Assembly (NCBI GenBank): GCA_002421785.1
Contig: DIRZ01000003.1
Span: 370,700 to 402,699, forward strand
Direction of reading: 5' to 3'
DNA: 32,000 bases
Source: Candidatus Saccharimonadota bacterium
GTDB taxonomy: Bacteria > Patescibacteriota > Saccharimonadia > Saccharimonadales > Saccharimonadaceae
Positions 31,975-32,000 of this stretch are shown here, in pieces. The position numbers and the translations under genes are program-made. Numbering within the stretch: the stretch's first letter is position 1; every line of letters starts with the position of its first letter. Under the pieces are notes generated by a model, which was given only the letters and a program-made list of their open reading frames with translations, was not told the DNA's origin and ran no database searches.

Positions 31975-32000
31975 ATCATAATTTACGACACGCGGCGAGT

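Noticed and set aside
1-32000. CRISPR arrays, IS elements, rRNA genes, prophage modules
   Set aside because: No regularly spaced direct repeats, no transposase, integrase or recombinase-like ORFs, and no rRNA-like segments were seen on either strand.

Overview
Gene-dense window with about 36 CDS, 2 tRNAs, no rRNA, no CRISPR array and no recognisable transposase or integrase. Gene content points to a monoderm, reduced-genome bacterium, possibly Patescibacteria/CPR (Saccharibacteria-like). This taxonomic call is inference from gene content only: a type IV pilus operon without a secretin, a sortase, a very short TsaB, lamin-tail-domain surface proteins and many 1-4 nt gene overlaps. From left to right the window holds: a partial GT-C glycosyltransferase, tRNA-Pro, a membrane protein, an S8 subtilase plus sortase, a NUDIX hydrolase, RNase Y and tsaB-tsaE. 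Next comes a type IV pilus operon (pilB-pilC, pilM-pilN-pilO, a 92-aa membrane protein and a PRC-barrel protein), then recA-recX and an orphan pilin-like gene. A long minus-strand block follows: comEC, yebC, a lamin-tail-domain protein, an HD protein, ruvC, a class A PBP, ruvA, HIT, ruvB and a bPH membrane protein. The right end holds tRNA-Lys, a second (major-type) pilin and a small membrane protein. The window closes with a three-gene cassette: RimK, a retropepsin-like/ATP-grasp fusion and a MATCAP/DUF1704-like HExxxH peptidase. The most interesting items are: (1) that ligase/peptidase cassette, a candidate reversible C-terminal amino-acid tagging system; (2) the lamin-tail protein, whose frame is broken by a 1-nt indel, with the shifted frame encoding a fourth CxxGxxRNPxTNRCR repeat and a C-terminal membrane anchor; (3) three Cys-bracketed 31-aa repeats at the C-terminus of the PBP; (4) a recurring -10 box 6-10 nt upstream of start codons, implying widespread leaderless mRNAs; (5) a decayed duplicate of a neighbouring gene's 3' end flanking the pilin gene. 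All calls come from reading translations and motifs by eye. No database search was run.
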